A stretch of 64,000 bases of DNA from the human T2T-CHM13v2.0 reference genome, Homo sapiens. The notes beneath the pieces were generated by a model. It did not search any database and was not told where the DNA came from. It was given only the letters and a program-made list of their open reading frames with translations. Below are positions 50,349 through 63,279 of the stretch, one piece after another. The stretch is taken from NCBI RefSeq assembly GCF_009914755.1, contig NC_060930.1; one strand, 5' to 3'. Each line of letters starts with the position of its first letter. Within the stretch, counting starts at the first letter, position 1. A program made the translations under genes and the position numbers.

Positions 50349-53304
50349 CACAGGTAACCTGCGCTCTTTGCTTGGCATTGGGTGAGTGCTGTCCTCTGTC
50401 TCTGTCACCTGCCCTGGCTCATGGTTACATGGATGTTCAATCTTTGTTGGTGCATGTAACAGTTTATGAATCTGCAGCTTGGATGCAGTTACCCCATCCC
50501 TGCTGTGCTGCCTACGGGGTGACTCCTCACTCAGCCCCCATCGCCCACAGTGCTGGCTTTGCAGGTCTGGGCCTACACTTGGCCATCTGTGTCTTTCCTG
50601 CCAGGAAGTCCCTGGGAGCACCAGCCTGCTCCTTCCACTTCCTGCAGCTCACTCAGTGAGCACCTCGGTGTTTTCTTTTCAGTCCTTGAATTCACAGCTA
50701 GTGATTATTTATGTCGAATTCTCTTTGTTAAGTCGTTGGGTCTGCATCATCTCCCGACTCGACCTCGATGGACACACTTGCTACGACATGTCCACTGGCA
50801 GCTAAATACGTGTTCATCTCTATTTTATATCTTTAGAAAACAGACACAAAAGGTGAATGGCTTATGTACATTGAAAAGGTTGCCCCTCAGAAAGTTGTAC
50901 TGATTCACGCTTTCAACAGCCACGCCTAGGCACTGTGTTCCCACACAGCCTTGCTAGACTGATTATTATTTTTTAATTGCATTAATTTAAAATAAGTATA
51001 AACTATTTAAATAATATGAAATCAACAAAATATAAATATTTATAACTAGATAATCCTGAAAGGCAAGGAATTAAAGGGAATTAAATTCTATGTATAGTCT
51101 AACTTTTAGACCGTTTTCTTCTTATAAGGCATTTACTATATAAGGCACTGTGTTTTAGAAACATTGGTCTGTTTATTCCTCATAAGTAACCTATGAATAT
51201 TCATTAGTCTTCCCATTATATAATGGAGAAACTGGATCCCAGTAACTGACACAAGGCCCGTATTAGGCCAGCCTGTGGCCTGAGGATGTCAGACTTCATA
51301 GTGAACCACGGGAGGAGGGGATCCTGTGGTTTAAGAGCACAGGCTCTGAAGGCAGACCTCCTAGGGACCTCAAAGCTGCCACACTGTGGATCCCATTGTC
51401 TACGAGGAAATGGGCCTACAGGAATCACATGGAATGCCTCTGCTGCTCCGCAAGATTCTCTGGAGAAACACCTCTCCCATGGTACGCTGCCTTTGCCATT
51501 TGCGGCTGGTGATAAATCACTGGTGCCCAGTGTGGTCCCCGGGGCCCCAGGTGGATGCAGGTACATCCATGTGGTCCTGGCAGGCTCCATGGAGGAAATC
51601 CAGATGGTCCCTTGCGGGCTTTGCCTGGTCCGGTCCCTCCTGTTCTCAAGCTCATGGCCTGCTGAGGTCCAGTCTGGGCCTTCACTCAGCCATGCTGCCC
51701 CTTTGCTTGTAGGGTGCCCTTGGCTGTGAACGCCTCCCCTGAGGTGCCAGGACATGCACCTGCCCTCCCCCCAGGCCTCTCCCATGTCCCATCCTACCAT
51801 GCGCCCTCCCTGACGCCACTCAGGGCCTCGTCTCCCTCTGTGGGCTCGGGTCACCTGTCTTAGAATCGGTGCGAAGACACATCCATGTCTTCCTCTTTGT
51901 GGAGGATGCGTCCCACCACTAGCTCCTCCTTAACGACTGGTTTCATGGTGGAGGGGAGCTGGTGGGGTTTGCAGGCGAATTTTGCCCATTCTTCACCCTT
52001 ACAGAATCCAGACAACTTCGGGATGTTTTCTGCTTGAATTCCCAGACTGCCATTTCATTCAGTTTGTGTCTAGCCCATGTCAGGAATGCACTCAGCAAGC
52101 AGGCACTCAGGCCAGGTGCTCAGACCAAATGCAAGCAAGTGGTAGGATCCCTTCAGCCTTCTGGGCAATGTGTCCAGAAACTGATGGCATCCATTTATGA
52201 AACTGAGGGTTCTCTGAGCTTGAGTAAGTGCAGTAAGACATAGGGACATTCTGTCAGCAGCGTGTCCAGCTAGAACATGGAAGGAAGGAATTCTGGGTTG
52301 TCATGAAGTCTGTGGTCACCTCGTGAGTGTCCCTGAATAAATTGTGTGTCAGTTTCTCTTTCATTGCCAAAGATTTGAAACAAGCAGGACTTCGATGTCA
52401 ATTTCCAAAAGAAAATTGTTAATGAGAGAAATAATATTTTGTTGCTTTTTCTCTTTAGCAGCAGTCGAATGAATTGACTGAGATCACTTTATCTGGCAAA
52501 AAATTATAACTGTGATTTCTCATCCTCTCCCTGTTTCCAACTAATAGATATTTTTATTTTGCTAACACATATGTAACATAAAATTCAATGTCTTACCCAT
52601 TTTTAAGTGTGCAGGTCAGTGGCATTGAGTGCATTCACACTGCGGTGTGAGCATCACCACCATCCACCTCCAGACCCTGTACACCTTCCCCAACAGAACT
52701 CGGTCCCATGAACCCTTACTGCCTCCAGCCTCTCGTGTCCACTCTCATACTCAGCTTGGATTTTCACTCCAGCAACTTTGGCTGTTTTGTTTTGTTTTCT
52801 AATTTGGAAAGAGTGTCTAAGGCAGTGGGGAGTGTTGTAGGTGGCAGAGCGGTGGACGTTTGCTAGAAAACAGTAACGGTGTGTGTTGGTATGTAGGTGG
52901 AAAACATCTGCGTGGTTATTTTCTAAACCTTTCTTCCTGTGAGTTATGTTTATGTGCCGCATTAAACTGCAAGGTGCTGGAAGGTGGCTACATGCCTGGA
53001 CTTCACTTGTAGCACATCATTTGTGGAAGGCTGCAGTAAGTACTCAATACTTTGCTGTTGATTGATTTCAGAACGGATTGATCAGATTGCAGAGCTCTGG
53101 CAGGTGCCACCGGCTGCCTAAATTCATCATTCATCAAAAAGCCTTCTGAAAGTTGGGTCTCTAGCGGGTGGTTTGGGCCACTTTCCTCCTGATCAAGGGG
53201 TCATTCTTGACATGTGGGTTTATTATTTTCTCCTCACATTTTAATGCCACGCATTTGAATTGACGTCTGGGTCCAATGAGTTGGCGCAAAGGACCCACTG
53301 AGTC

Positions 53305-53378
53305 CAGACACGCCCTGGCGGCACCGGGGCCCTGCTTGGCTCAGACACGCCCTGGCGGCACCCAGGCCCTGCTTGGCT
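53305..53378. repeat. 37-bp tandem duplication
   Basis: CAGACACGCCCTGGCGGCACC(GG/CA)GGCCCTGCTTGGCT x2. Confidence 0.85.
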
Positions 53379-55149
53379 CCCCTGGACGGAGCCAGAAGAC
53401 CTCCTCTTTGTCAGGAAGTCTGCAGGTTTCAGAGACTAATTCTCTGCTGGGCATGTGTCCAGAAGAGGTGTAAGGAGTGACAGATTGATGGAAAGGCACG
53501 GCACCTTGGCTGGACAGGCTCGTCCTGTTTCTGGGCGGGCGGGGCGCACGCCTTCCGTGTTTGGTGGAGAAGCAGCCTGTGGTGAGGAGCGAGGAGCCAG
53601 AAGGACGGCTTGGGAGTGCCCTGGGGGACCTGAATTGCTGTGAGTGTTGACAGCTCAGGAAAACTTACTCTTCTGTCAGAAGAAATACGTCTTTTAGGAA
53701 TTGGCCTGAGTTAGAATCTCAGATGCTAAGAAATCGACAGACTTTTCAGGAAAAAGGTGTGTTTTCAGCCTTGCTGTGAGTGGCTGTGAGAAGGGTCTGA
53801 TTTGTCGCTGATACAGGTTCCTAAAGGGAGTGCCACTGCCCCAGCTGACAGCTCGCTGCAGGTGAACCCCAGCTTGCTTCCTAATGTTCTGTGCTCAGGA
53901 GGGGAAGCTCCCAGTGGCTCAAGTGACCCTGGTGCTGTGTGCCTGCAAAGTTCTCCGCAAGCGGGGCAGGACCAACTTGCCACCCCAGACACAGGATAAA
54001 AATTGCAGCAGAGCAAGACTCAAGCTGGATCACGTGGTGTGGTGACTTCTTTACTTCGCACCCCTTTTCAACCTTAACATACTGAAGGGGAAGCGCTGTG
54101 GAGAAAACCGGATGATGGGTGGAGACCAGGAAGGGTACAGGGAGCCCACCTGTGGAGACGGGAGGACCACGTGCGGATTCTGTGCCTGACGTGAACGTGC
54201 TTGCCAGGTGTCCTGCGTGGTCTCCGGCCACCACAAGGAGAGCCTCCCTCTGCACTTGCCTTCACCCTGGCTGCCTGTTAGAGAGCTACAGGGCAACTAT
54301 GAAAAGTCACTCGTGCCAGCCCTCCCCATCCCTCCCCACATGGTGTAGCCAGCCTCTCCATGGTTGGTCTACGTGCAGCTCTGCAGGTGACCGAATGTGC
54401 TTGCCCGGAGAACCTGCCCCTGCAGAGCCCCTCAGTTGGAGACCTGGTGCTTGTCAAGGCCAGACACCTGATCCTATATCCAGCACACCCTGGTGAACAC
54501 CAGAAACCCGGGGCACAGGAAGGGACCCTTGTTTGCCTGTGGAAAGTGTTAACAGGAACTTGATGCATTTAGACCACGTGTTAACTTTGGGCGTCACTGA
54601 CGGATGTCTGAGAACTTGAGGTGGGGAGATGGCGATTTAGCTTCTCAGGCTGGCCTGGGTAATTAAACTACCGATGTTATTTATGAGTTTTGGTCTTAAA
54701 GTGTTGTGCAAGCACCAGAGGCTTCCTAGCAAAGAGAGTGCGATTTTCTTAATCACATAAAATCTCAAGGTCCTGGCAGCTGCTCTTCAGAGGGTGTTTC
54801 CCGCTGTTGCAGCTTAATCTGGTAGCGAAGCTGTTGATTGAGTTCCCGTGAGTAACAAGAAACAGCAGAGATTTGTGCATTTCTACGTACGGCAAGTCCT
54901 GGCCCCAACAGCTTAGTGCTACACCTACCAGTTGTGGGAAAATTTACATTTCCAGGAAACTGCATACAACTGGGTAGAGCGCTGGTCCTTCAGGGAGAGA
55001 AGTGTTCCAGTTAAATATGGCCATCTTCTTCCTCCGTCTCCAAGAATACAAACACATTACTTTAAGAACCAAAATGGCTGAGCCCACAATTGTAGCATGA
55101 ACAGCCCTAGGCATTAAACAACAGGTTAAGTAGCTCTTGCTGTCTATGA

Positions 55150-55410
55150 GCCCAGCTCTGACACTGCCTGGGTGAGGGCCTAGCCCCCAGTGCCTGAGTT
55201 TCTGCATCTGTGAGCCCAGCTCTGGCACTGCCTGGCTGTGGGGTGCTAGGCCCTCAGTGCCTCAGTTTCCATATCTGTACACTGGGTCTCCAAATGGTGT
55301 TGACCATCATGGAGTGGTTGTAAGGAGTTAATGACTCATATGCATGAAGTTCTTAGAACAGGCCTTCCCCTTTGCCAGCACTCAATAAATGTCAGTTATT
55401 ATTAGCAATA
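55150..55410 (+). mobile_element. MIR SINE
   Basis: GTGCCTCAGTTTCCATATCTGTA…GGTTGTAAGGAGTTAATGA…CTTAGAACAG…GCACTCAATAAATGTCAG. Confidence 0.75.
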
Positions 55411-56315
55411 TTAGGGTCAGGCTACAATAGTAAAGGGTAGTGTTTTGTCCCTGAGAGGATTGGAATCTAGATGGAATGAGAAATAATAACAGCAGCCATC
55501 ATTTGAATTTTCCCTGTATACCGGGCAGCAGACTAGCACGTTGAGTAAATATCTCAAGTAAAGGGTACAAATCCAGGTGGAAACAGAGAAGGAGCCTGTG
55601 ACAGAAACTGTGCAGCCAGGAGAGGCCGGATCTACATGCTCAGAACACAGGGTTGTCGGCGAAGCTTCCCCGAGAGCCCACTTGGACCTGTTGTGGGAAG
55701 AGACGGCAGAGCTAAGACAAGCAGGTGGGTGCCGTGGAGGAGCCGAGAGCCGATTGCAAACAACAGCAGAGGACGTCTCCTCTGCGACTGTGGGACTCCC
55801 CTTTCCTAGGTGTCTTTTAAAGCAGAATTGATTCCCACCCTGCGGGGAGAGGGGCGTGCGGTGTGAACCTGCTGGCAAGAAGGGGAGGGAGTGAAATCTT
55901 TACAGAGCACCCTCCGTGAGGCCGGATTTTTAGAGGTAGGGATCAGGAACCACTGGGGCAGTCCCTGCAGGGGGTGGTCTGGGCTTGTGTGAAAACCTTG
56001 GCGAGGAGAGACCCATGCCAGCGACGTGGCGTCCTAAGCAGGACGTCCAGCGAGTCAGTCACCAGCGCGGGCGCCTCGTCCTGTCCATGGAACATTCTGG
56101 GCTGCGCCGCCTCCCCTGGGGGTGGGGCTGCAGGAACCCTCAGGACCCTCACGCCCTGGGGGAGGAAGAAGCCTGGGCTGAGTCCCAGTGCTTGTGGGGA
56201 AGCTCTGAGCGTGGACACCGTGGGCACTGACCACTGGGGTGAGGACCTCACCCCTTCCCTGCACGTCTGTGCTGGGCCTTGAGGGAGGAGTGAGCACAGC
56301 CCCCCCCGGCCGGCG

Positions 56316-56742
56316 GGGCAGCCGAGGGAAGCTTGGGGGCAGCCGGGGGGCAGCTGGGGGCAGCCAGGGGGCAGCTGGGGGAAGCTGGGGGGCAGCCGGG
56401 GGGCAGCTGGGGGAAACTGGAGGGCCCCTGGGGGAAGCCGGGGGACAGCTGGGGGACAGCTGGGGGAAGCTGGGGGACAGCCGGGGGAAGCCGGGGGGCA
56501 GCCGGGGGAAGCCGGGGGGCAGCCGGGGGAAGCCGGGGGACAGCTGGGGGAAGCCGGGGGGCAGCCGGGGGACAGCTGGGGGAAGCTGGGGGACAGCCGG
56601 GGGAAGCCGGGGGACAGCCGGGGGAAGCCGGGGGGCAGCCGGGGGAAGCCGGGGGACAGCTGGGGGAAGCCGGGGGGCAGCCGGGGCAGCCGGGGGAAGC
56701 CGGGGGACAGCTGGGGGAAGCTGGGGGGCAGCCAGGGGAAGC
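56316..56742. repeat. G-rich minisatellite, 10-11-bp units AGC(C/T)GGGGG(A/AC/GC)
   Basis: About 35-40 G5-G6 runs spaced by 4-6 nt. Confidence 0.95.
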
Positions 56743-58603
56743 TATGAGCATGAGGAGCCAGGGGTCCCCTTGGGAGAGGAGGGAGTGTGGGTGTGGAGGG
56801 CGCCTGCTGCCCAGGCTCAGCCCCCAGAGCCAGGCCGGAGAGGGAGGGCATGGAGTCACCAAGCGCTTTAGAGCCGGATGCAGAGGTGCCTGTGTACGCA
56901 TTCACTTCCACGGGAACCAGCAGCGTGTGGAGGAGGCGCAAGGGGACTGGGTGAGTCCTGCTGTGGCTCCAGTCCATGCCCGGCAGCTGTCAGGGATGCA
57001 GAGAAGGACGCGACCCCAGAGGGCCAGAATACCCCGTCCGAAACTCACTCTGGCTTCAGAGGCCGAAGGAACAAACCACATCCTCTGGAGCCAGATGGAC
57101 AGAGGGCTTCTTGCCTGGCTGTTCGTTGACCTGGTGGATACTGCCACGTCCAGGTGCCTGGGAGCCCTGCACGGGGAAGGGAGGCCATTCCCCCAGGGAA
57201 GGGGGGTCCCCAGACCCCACCCCGCAACAGGGAGGAGCATTTATGGGGGTGAGACTAGGAGAGACGTGAAAAACGCTGGGTTGCTCTGGCTCGTGGGGAC
57301 CTTGAGGTTTCCAGGCGGTGGGTGTGCATTCCAGGCCCATGTTTCCAGCCAGGGCTTGCCTGGGGCCTCCCTGCCCCCGGCCTTCTGCACCCTGCTCAGT
57401 TTTCTTTGCAGCCAGCACATTCAGGCTGTATAAATACTGTGCTCACCTCTCCTAGAAGAGAGGCCAGGCAATGGCAGGTGCTCAGTAACACTTGAATTCC
57501 TGAAGGCATGGGTGCAGGTGAAAGTGTGAAGGGAAGAGCTTAGCTGTGGGCTACGTTTTCTAGATTGGTGGTTCCCAAATTCTGGTCCTGGAGGCCCTGA
57601 GCATTGGGTGCGGGTGATGGAGCGGGAGGCTCGTTCACAGTGCAGGCTTCTGGGTCGAACCAGGTCCTGATGAGAGAGGCTTTCCAGGAGCTGCTGTGGA
57701 AGCCACATTGTCTGATGGTGACTCCCAGGTCCACATCACCTTTTTATCTCTGTTGAGTCAGTGCTGTCACCCTGTCTTGGCTCTGCTGGGTGAGAGAGGG
57801 GTGACCACAGTCCCATGTTTGGGTCAGAGTGTTGAAGGGAGATGGAGCAGGCTTTACTGGGGCTGGGCGGGTCTCGGTACAGGAGTGTGGGGAATGAACA
57901 CAGACATCTAGAGAGTATGAATTAGCAAGAGGAGCACTCATAACACCACTGTCCTGCTTAAAAATGCAAGACTCCCGAGAACCCGCCCAGAGCACAGGCT
58001 CGTCCCGCACAGCGGGAGGGACTACTCAGGGGCTGGGGTTGTCACCCACCCAATTTTATCTTTAAACATTTTCCCCATCTGTGGTTTGGTCTGGTTTTGA
58101 ACTTTATATTAAGGGAATCACACTGTGTTTTTCTGATTATGGCATTGCTGTGAAGAGCCCTCCAGGCACCTGGCTTCCGGTCTCAGCTCTGATACTCAGA
58201 GGCGGTGTGATGTCCTAGCCTCAGTTTCCTGATCTGTTCAATGGATGATCATAATCTGTATGTCTTAAGTGACTGTATTAGTGAGTTAGTAGAAGTGCCA
58301 CCTTTGAACACCAATGGAAGCCGTGGTTATTTGTAAGCTTGACCTGCTATTTCACTCAGTGCCGTGTTTCGGGTCCGTGCTTGCTGATGTGTGGAGAGCA
58401 GTTGGTCCACGTGTTCACTGTAGAGTGCCGTATTCCGTGATCCCGCCACAGCTGCTCTTCCAGGCCTCTTGCCTGCAGGGCGTTCATCCCCACCACCATG
58501 CTGCTCAACATGCTTACACGTGTCTCCTGGCGCCCTCTGCAAGCACGCGTTCCACTCGCTGGTTAAGCTGAGTGTTGCCCAAGTGGTGGAACCTCCTTCC
58601 TCC

Positions 58604-58808
58604 CTCACCTGCGGGGAGACCCTGCTGTCCCAGCCCCTTCCTCGCTCACCTGCGGGGAGACCCTGCTGTCCCAGCCCCTTCCTCGCTCACCTGCCGGGAG
58701 ACCCTGCTGTCCCAGCCCCTTCCTCGCTCACCTGCGGGGAGACCCTGCTGTCCCAGCCCCTTCCTCGCTCACCTGTGGGGAGACCCTGTTGTCCTAGCCC
58801 CTTCCTCG
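58604..58808. repeat. VNTR, 41-bp unit, 5 copies
   Basis: CTCACCTGCGGGGAGACCCTGCTGTCCCAGCCCCTTCCTCG at 58604, 58645, 58686, 58727 and 58768. Confidence 0.95.
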
Positions 58809-59114
58809 CTCGCCCAGCTCACAGGCCCCTCTCCTGACCATGGGCACCCGCCCGCCCAGCTCACAGGCCCCTCTCCTCCACCCATCCCTTCCATGTAACG
58901 TGAACTCATTGCTCATGAAGATAAGCAAACATGGCACAAATAAGCAGCCCCCTCACCTCATGGGGACGGTTCAGAATTGGCCCAGAAAGAAGTGACCAGG
59001 ATTTGGAGCACGGCCCTGAGGCCAGAATTAAGAGAGTCAACACTTCGTCCTGGGTCTGTCTCATGGGGCGGCAGCAGCCTCCTGCAGGGGAAGCGTAGTC
59101 ACTCCCACACAGAG

Positions 59115-59400
59115 CAGGGTCGGAGCTTATCCCACAAAGGGCCAGGGAGCAAGTGTTTTAGCCCTTGTGGGACAGGAGGTAAAACTGAGGGTACGATGTA
59201 GGTACTTAGGTGGCAGCAGAGAAAGCCAAGATGACATTCAAAGCTTTAGACATGGATGTTTATTTAGCTGTCATATAATTTTCCCCTCACGAAGTCTTCT
59301 CCTTCTGCTGATTATTTTTTCAAATCTTTTGAAATATAAAATTATCCTCAGCTCACAGACACTACAAGGACAGTTGGTGGGCTACAGTTTGCTGACCCTG
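59115..59400. mobile_element. MER58-like hAT-Charlie DNA transposon remnant
   Basis: Terminal inverted-repeat remnants CAGGGTCGG… and …GTTTGCTGACCCTG; internal AAAGGGCCAG…TTTTAG. Confidence 0.7.
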
Positions 59401-59629
59401 GCATGAAAAGCAGGTGCAGAGCAGAGCGGGTCTGGAGAGAGGGATGCAGGCTTGGGCCAGGCCTCTGGGAAGGCTGCCCGCTGCCAGCCTCAGGTGCTGC
59501 ACTGCCCTATGCTCACCCTGGAAGGTGCGGGCACCGTTAGATGCTGCCAGCACACTTGGGCCTGCAGTGATTTTTGCTCGTAAATCAGTCTCTTCTATGA
59601 TAAATTACTCTAGGAAATTTTCTTTTCTT

Positions 59630-59920
59630 GGCTGGGCATGGTGGCTCACGCCTGTAATCCCAGCATTTGGGAGGCCGAGACGGGTGGATCACCTGAGGTC
59701 AGGAGTTCATGACCAGCCTGGCCAACATGGTGAAACCCCATCTCTACTAAAAATACAAAAATCAGTAGGGTGTGGTGGCGGGTGCCTGTAATCCCAGCTG
59801 CTTGGGAGGCTTAGGCAGGAGAATTGCTTGAACCTGAGGCGGAGGTTGCAGTGAGCCGAGATTGCACCACTGCACTCCAGCCTGGGTGACAAGAGTGAAA
59901 CTCCATCTCGAAAAAAAAAA
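59630..59920 (+). mobile_element. AluSq/Sx
   Basis: Full sense Alu; TSD TTTCTTTTCTT on both sides. Confidence 0.95.
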
Positions 59921-60404
59921 GTTTCTTTTCTTGTTGCAAGCCCCAGTTAAACACTCTAACAGGGCTGATCGAAACCACGGCAGCTGCCTGCCCTTTATGG
60001 AGTGTAGGTCCGTGCCCTTGTTGTCAGGAGGGATCTACACAGAGAATAACCCAAGGCGGGTTCCAGCCCAGGGCCCAGATGGCAGCCACTGCAGAAGGCA
60101 GACGTTCACCTAAAGAAAAGGTCCCTCCTACGTTTATCATGGAGACCTCCAAGGGAGAGAGACACGTAGGTTATGCTCAGCTGGTCTGCAAGTACATCCT
60201 CATGAATAATTCCATAAAATTGTTTCTTAGGGCAAAGTTATGCTGGGCTTGAGCTGGGTTCTGATGCTCGATGTCATCAGAATTTGTTCCTCCAGGCGTG
60301 GAGATGAGTGGAGAGTGGAAGAGAAACATTAGGGGTTCAGGTTCCCAGATAACCCTGCCTATTTTAGACCCAAATGCTTCTTTTTTAAAAAAATTATATA
60401 TATG

Positions 60405-60435
<31 letters not shown>

Positions 60436-60575
60436 ATTGTGTATATTTAAAGTATACAACATGATATTATGGGGTACAGATAGACAGTAAAAAGGTTACT
60501 ATGATGAACCAAAGTACATATCCATTATCTCACCTAGTTACTCATTTTGTTTGTTTGATTTTGTGACAAGGTGGC

Positions 60576-60941
60576 TGTAGTAGTCTGTTTTCACACTGCT
60601 ATAAAGATGCTACTTGAGACTGGGTAATTTATAAACAAAGGAGGTTTAATTGACTCACCGTTTTGCATGGCTGGTGAGGCCTCAGGAAACTTACAGTCAT
60701 AGTGGAAGCTGAACAGGAAGCAAAGACCTTCTTCACACGGCAGCAGGAAAGAGAGAGAGCAAGAACAGGGAAAAGTGCCTTATACAACCTCCGGATCTCG
60801 TAAGAACTCACTCACTGTCACAGGAACAGCATGGGGGAAACAGCCCCTTAATCCAATCACTTCCCACCAGGTCCCTCCCTGAACACCTGGAGATTACAAT
60901 TCAAGAAGAGGTGGGTGGGGACACACAGCCTGACCACAGCA
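60576..60941 (-). mobile_element. THE1-type LTR nested in the L1
   Basis: TGTAGTAGTCTGTTTTCACACTGCTATAAAG…; 5-bp TSD GTGGC at 60571-60575 and 60942-60946. Confidence 0.9.
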
Positions 60942-62746
60942 GTGGCAAGAATCTACTCAGCATGAATTCCAAATGCTTCCTTCCCCGCAGTCCTCATGTT
61001 GTACACAAGACCTCCAGACACCTACATGTCTACATCTCTCCATGTTGTACACGAGATCTCCAGACACCTACACATTTGCTACATCTCCCCATTCCCCTCG
61101 CCCACCACGTCCCTGTAAACCACTGTTTTGTTCTTTCTGTATATTTGATTTAAAATATTTGTTTAGTTTCCACATGTGAGATTATGCAATATGTTTCCTT
61201 CTGTGTCTGGCTTATTTCACTCAGCAGAAGGATGTTCTGTAGGTTCACCCATGCAGTGGCAAAATGACAAGATCTCACTCCTTTTTAGGGCTAAATAATA
61301 TTTCATGATGTGTATGTACCACAGTTTTTTTAAACCATTTGTCTGCCAATAGACACTTAAGGTTTTCTTCCCCCCCACATCTTGGCTGTTGTGAACAGTG
61401 CTGCAATAAACATGCAGGTGCAGACGTCTCTTTGAGACACTGGTTTCATGGATTTTGAATCTATATCCAGCAGAGGAAAGGCTGAGTCATATGGTGGTTC
61501 TTATTTTGAATTTTTTGAGGAAGCTTATACTGTTTTTCATAATGACTGTACCAATCTACATTTCCACCAACTGTGTACAAGAGGGAAAATTAAAAGCTTT
61601 TCCACCAAGATCTGCTATGAGGCAGGGATGCCCACTCTTGCCACTCTGTTCAACATAGCATGGAAGTCCTAGCAAGGGCAATCAAACAAGAAAAAGAAAG
61701 AAAAGGCATCCGCAGAAACGAGGAAGTAACATTATCTCCATCTGTAGAGAACATGATCATATGTGTAAAACACCTCAGAGTTCCACAAAATGAAACCAGT
61801 GTTAGAACTACTAAATGAATCCAGTTAAGTTGTAGGATATATAAATAATAACCTAGCTGAAAAAGAAATCAAGAAAACAATCCCATTTACAACACATAGA
61901 AATAAACAAAATGCCAAGGAATAAATTTAACCAAAGAGGTGAAAGATCTGTATGCAGAAAACGATGAAACATTGATGAAAGAAGTTTGAAGAAGACACAA
62001 ATAAATGGAAGGATCTTGTGTTCATGACTTGAAATGATTAATATTGCAAAAATGTCCTCACTGCCCAAAGCAATGGACAGATTTAATTCAACCCCTATCA
62101 AAATCCTAGTGGCATTCTTTACAGAAATAGAAAAAAAAACTACAATGTATATGGAACATAAGAGACTCCAAATAGCCAAAACAAGAATGAGAAAGAAAAA
62201 TAAAGTTGGAGGCATCACACTTCCTGATTTAAAATTATATTACAAAGCTATAGTAATCAAAACAGTACAGGACTTTCATAAAAACAGTCTCATGTACCAA
62301 TGAAACAGAATAGAGAGCCCAGGAATAAATCCAAACATGGATGGTCCACTAGTTTTTGACAAGAGCACCAAGAGGACTCAATGGAGAAAAGTCAGTCTCT
62401 TCAACAAATGGTAATGGGAAAACTGGATTTCCATGTGAAAAAGAATGAAATTGGACCCTTATCTTACACCAAACAGAAAAATCAACTTAAAATGGATTAA
62501 AGACTTTGATGTAAAACCTGAAACCATAAAAATACAAGAAAAAAACAGAAGCTAAAAGCTCTTTAACATTGGCCTTGGCAGTGATTCTTGGATGTCACAT
62601 CAAAAGCTCAGGCTACAAAAGCAATAAATAAATAAATGAATAAATGGGACTACATCAAACTAAAAAGCTTCTGCAAAGCAAGGGAAATAATCAACAAAAT
62701 AAAACGGCAGCCCATGGATTGGGAAACCATAGACCTGATAAAGGGC

Positions 62747-63279
62747 TGTATGAGTCCATTCTCGCACGGCTATAAAGAAACACCTGAGACTGGGTAATTT
62801 ATAAAGAAAAGAGATTTAATTGGCTCCCAGTTCTGCAGGCTGTGCAGGAGGCATGGTGCTGGCATCTGCTCAGCTTCTGGGGAGGCCTCAGGAAATTTAC
62901 AGTCATGGCAGAAAGCCAACAGGGAGCTAGCATATGGCATGGCTGGAGCAGGAGAATGCCAGCACATGGCATGGCTGGAGCAGTGCTGGCATCTGCTCAA
63001 CTTCTGGGAGGCCTCAGGAAACTTACAGTCACGGCGGAAGGCCAACAGGGAGCCAGCACGTGGCATGTCTGGAGCAGGAGAAAGAGGTGGGGGGAGGTGC
63101 CGCACACTTTTAAACAACCAGATCTCATGATAACTCACTCACTCACCATCCCCAGAACAGCACTGAGGGATGATACTACCCATTCATGAGAACTCTGCCC
63201 CCAAGATCTAATCACCTCCAATATTGGGGATTACAATTTAACATGAGATTTGGGTGGGACACAGAGCCAAACCATATCA
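62747..63279 (-). mobile_element. MSTA-type LTR nested in the L1, with an internal ~100-bp duplication
   Basis: TGTATGAGTCCATTCTCGC…CCAAACCATATCA; TSD AGGGC/AGGGT; duplicated block at 62857-62956 and 62984-63082. Confidence 0.88.

Noticed and set aside
51216-51854. 212-aa minus and 147-aa plus ORFs in unique sequence
   Set aside because: No recognisable family or splice structure; consistent with GC-rich noncoding DNA.
55943-57433. Long ORFs of 210-366 aa on both strands
   Set aside because: Their length comes from the stop-free G-rich minisatellite; low complexity, no recognisable domain.
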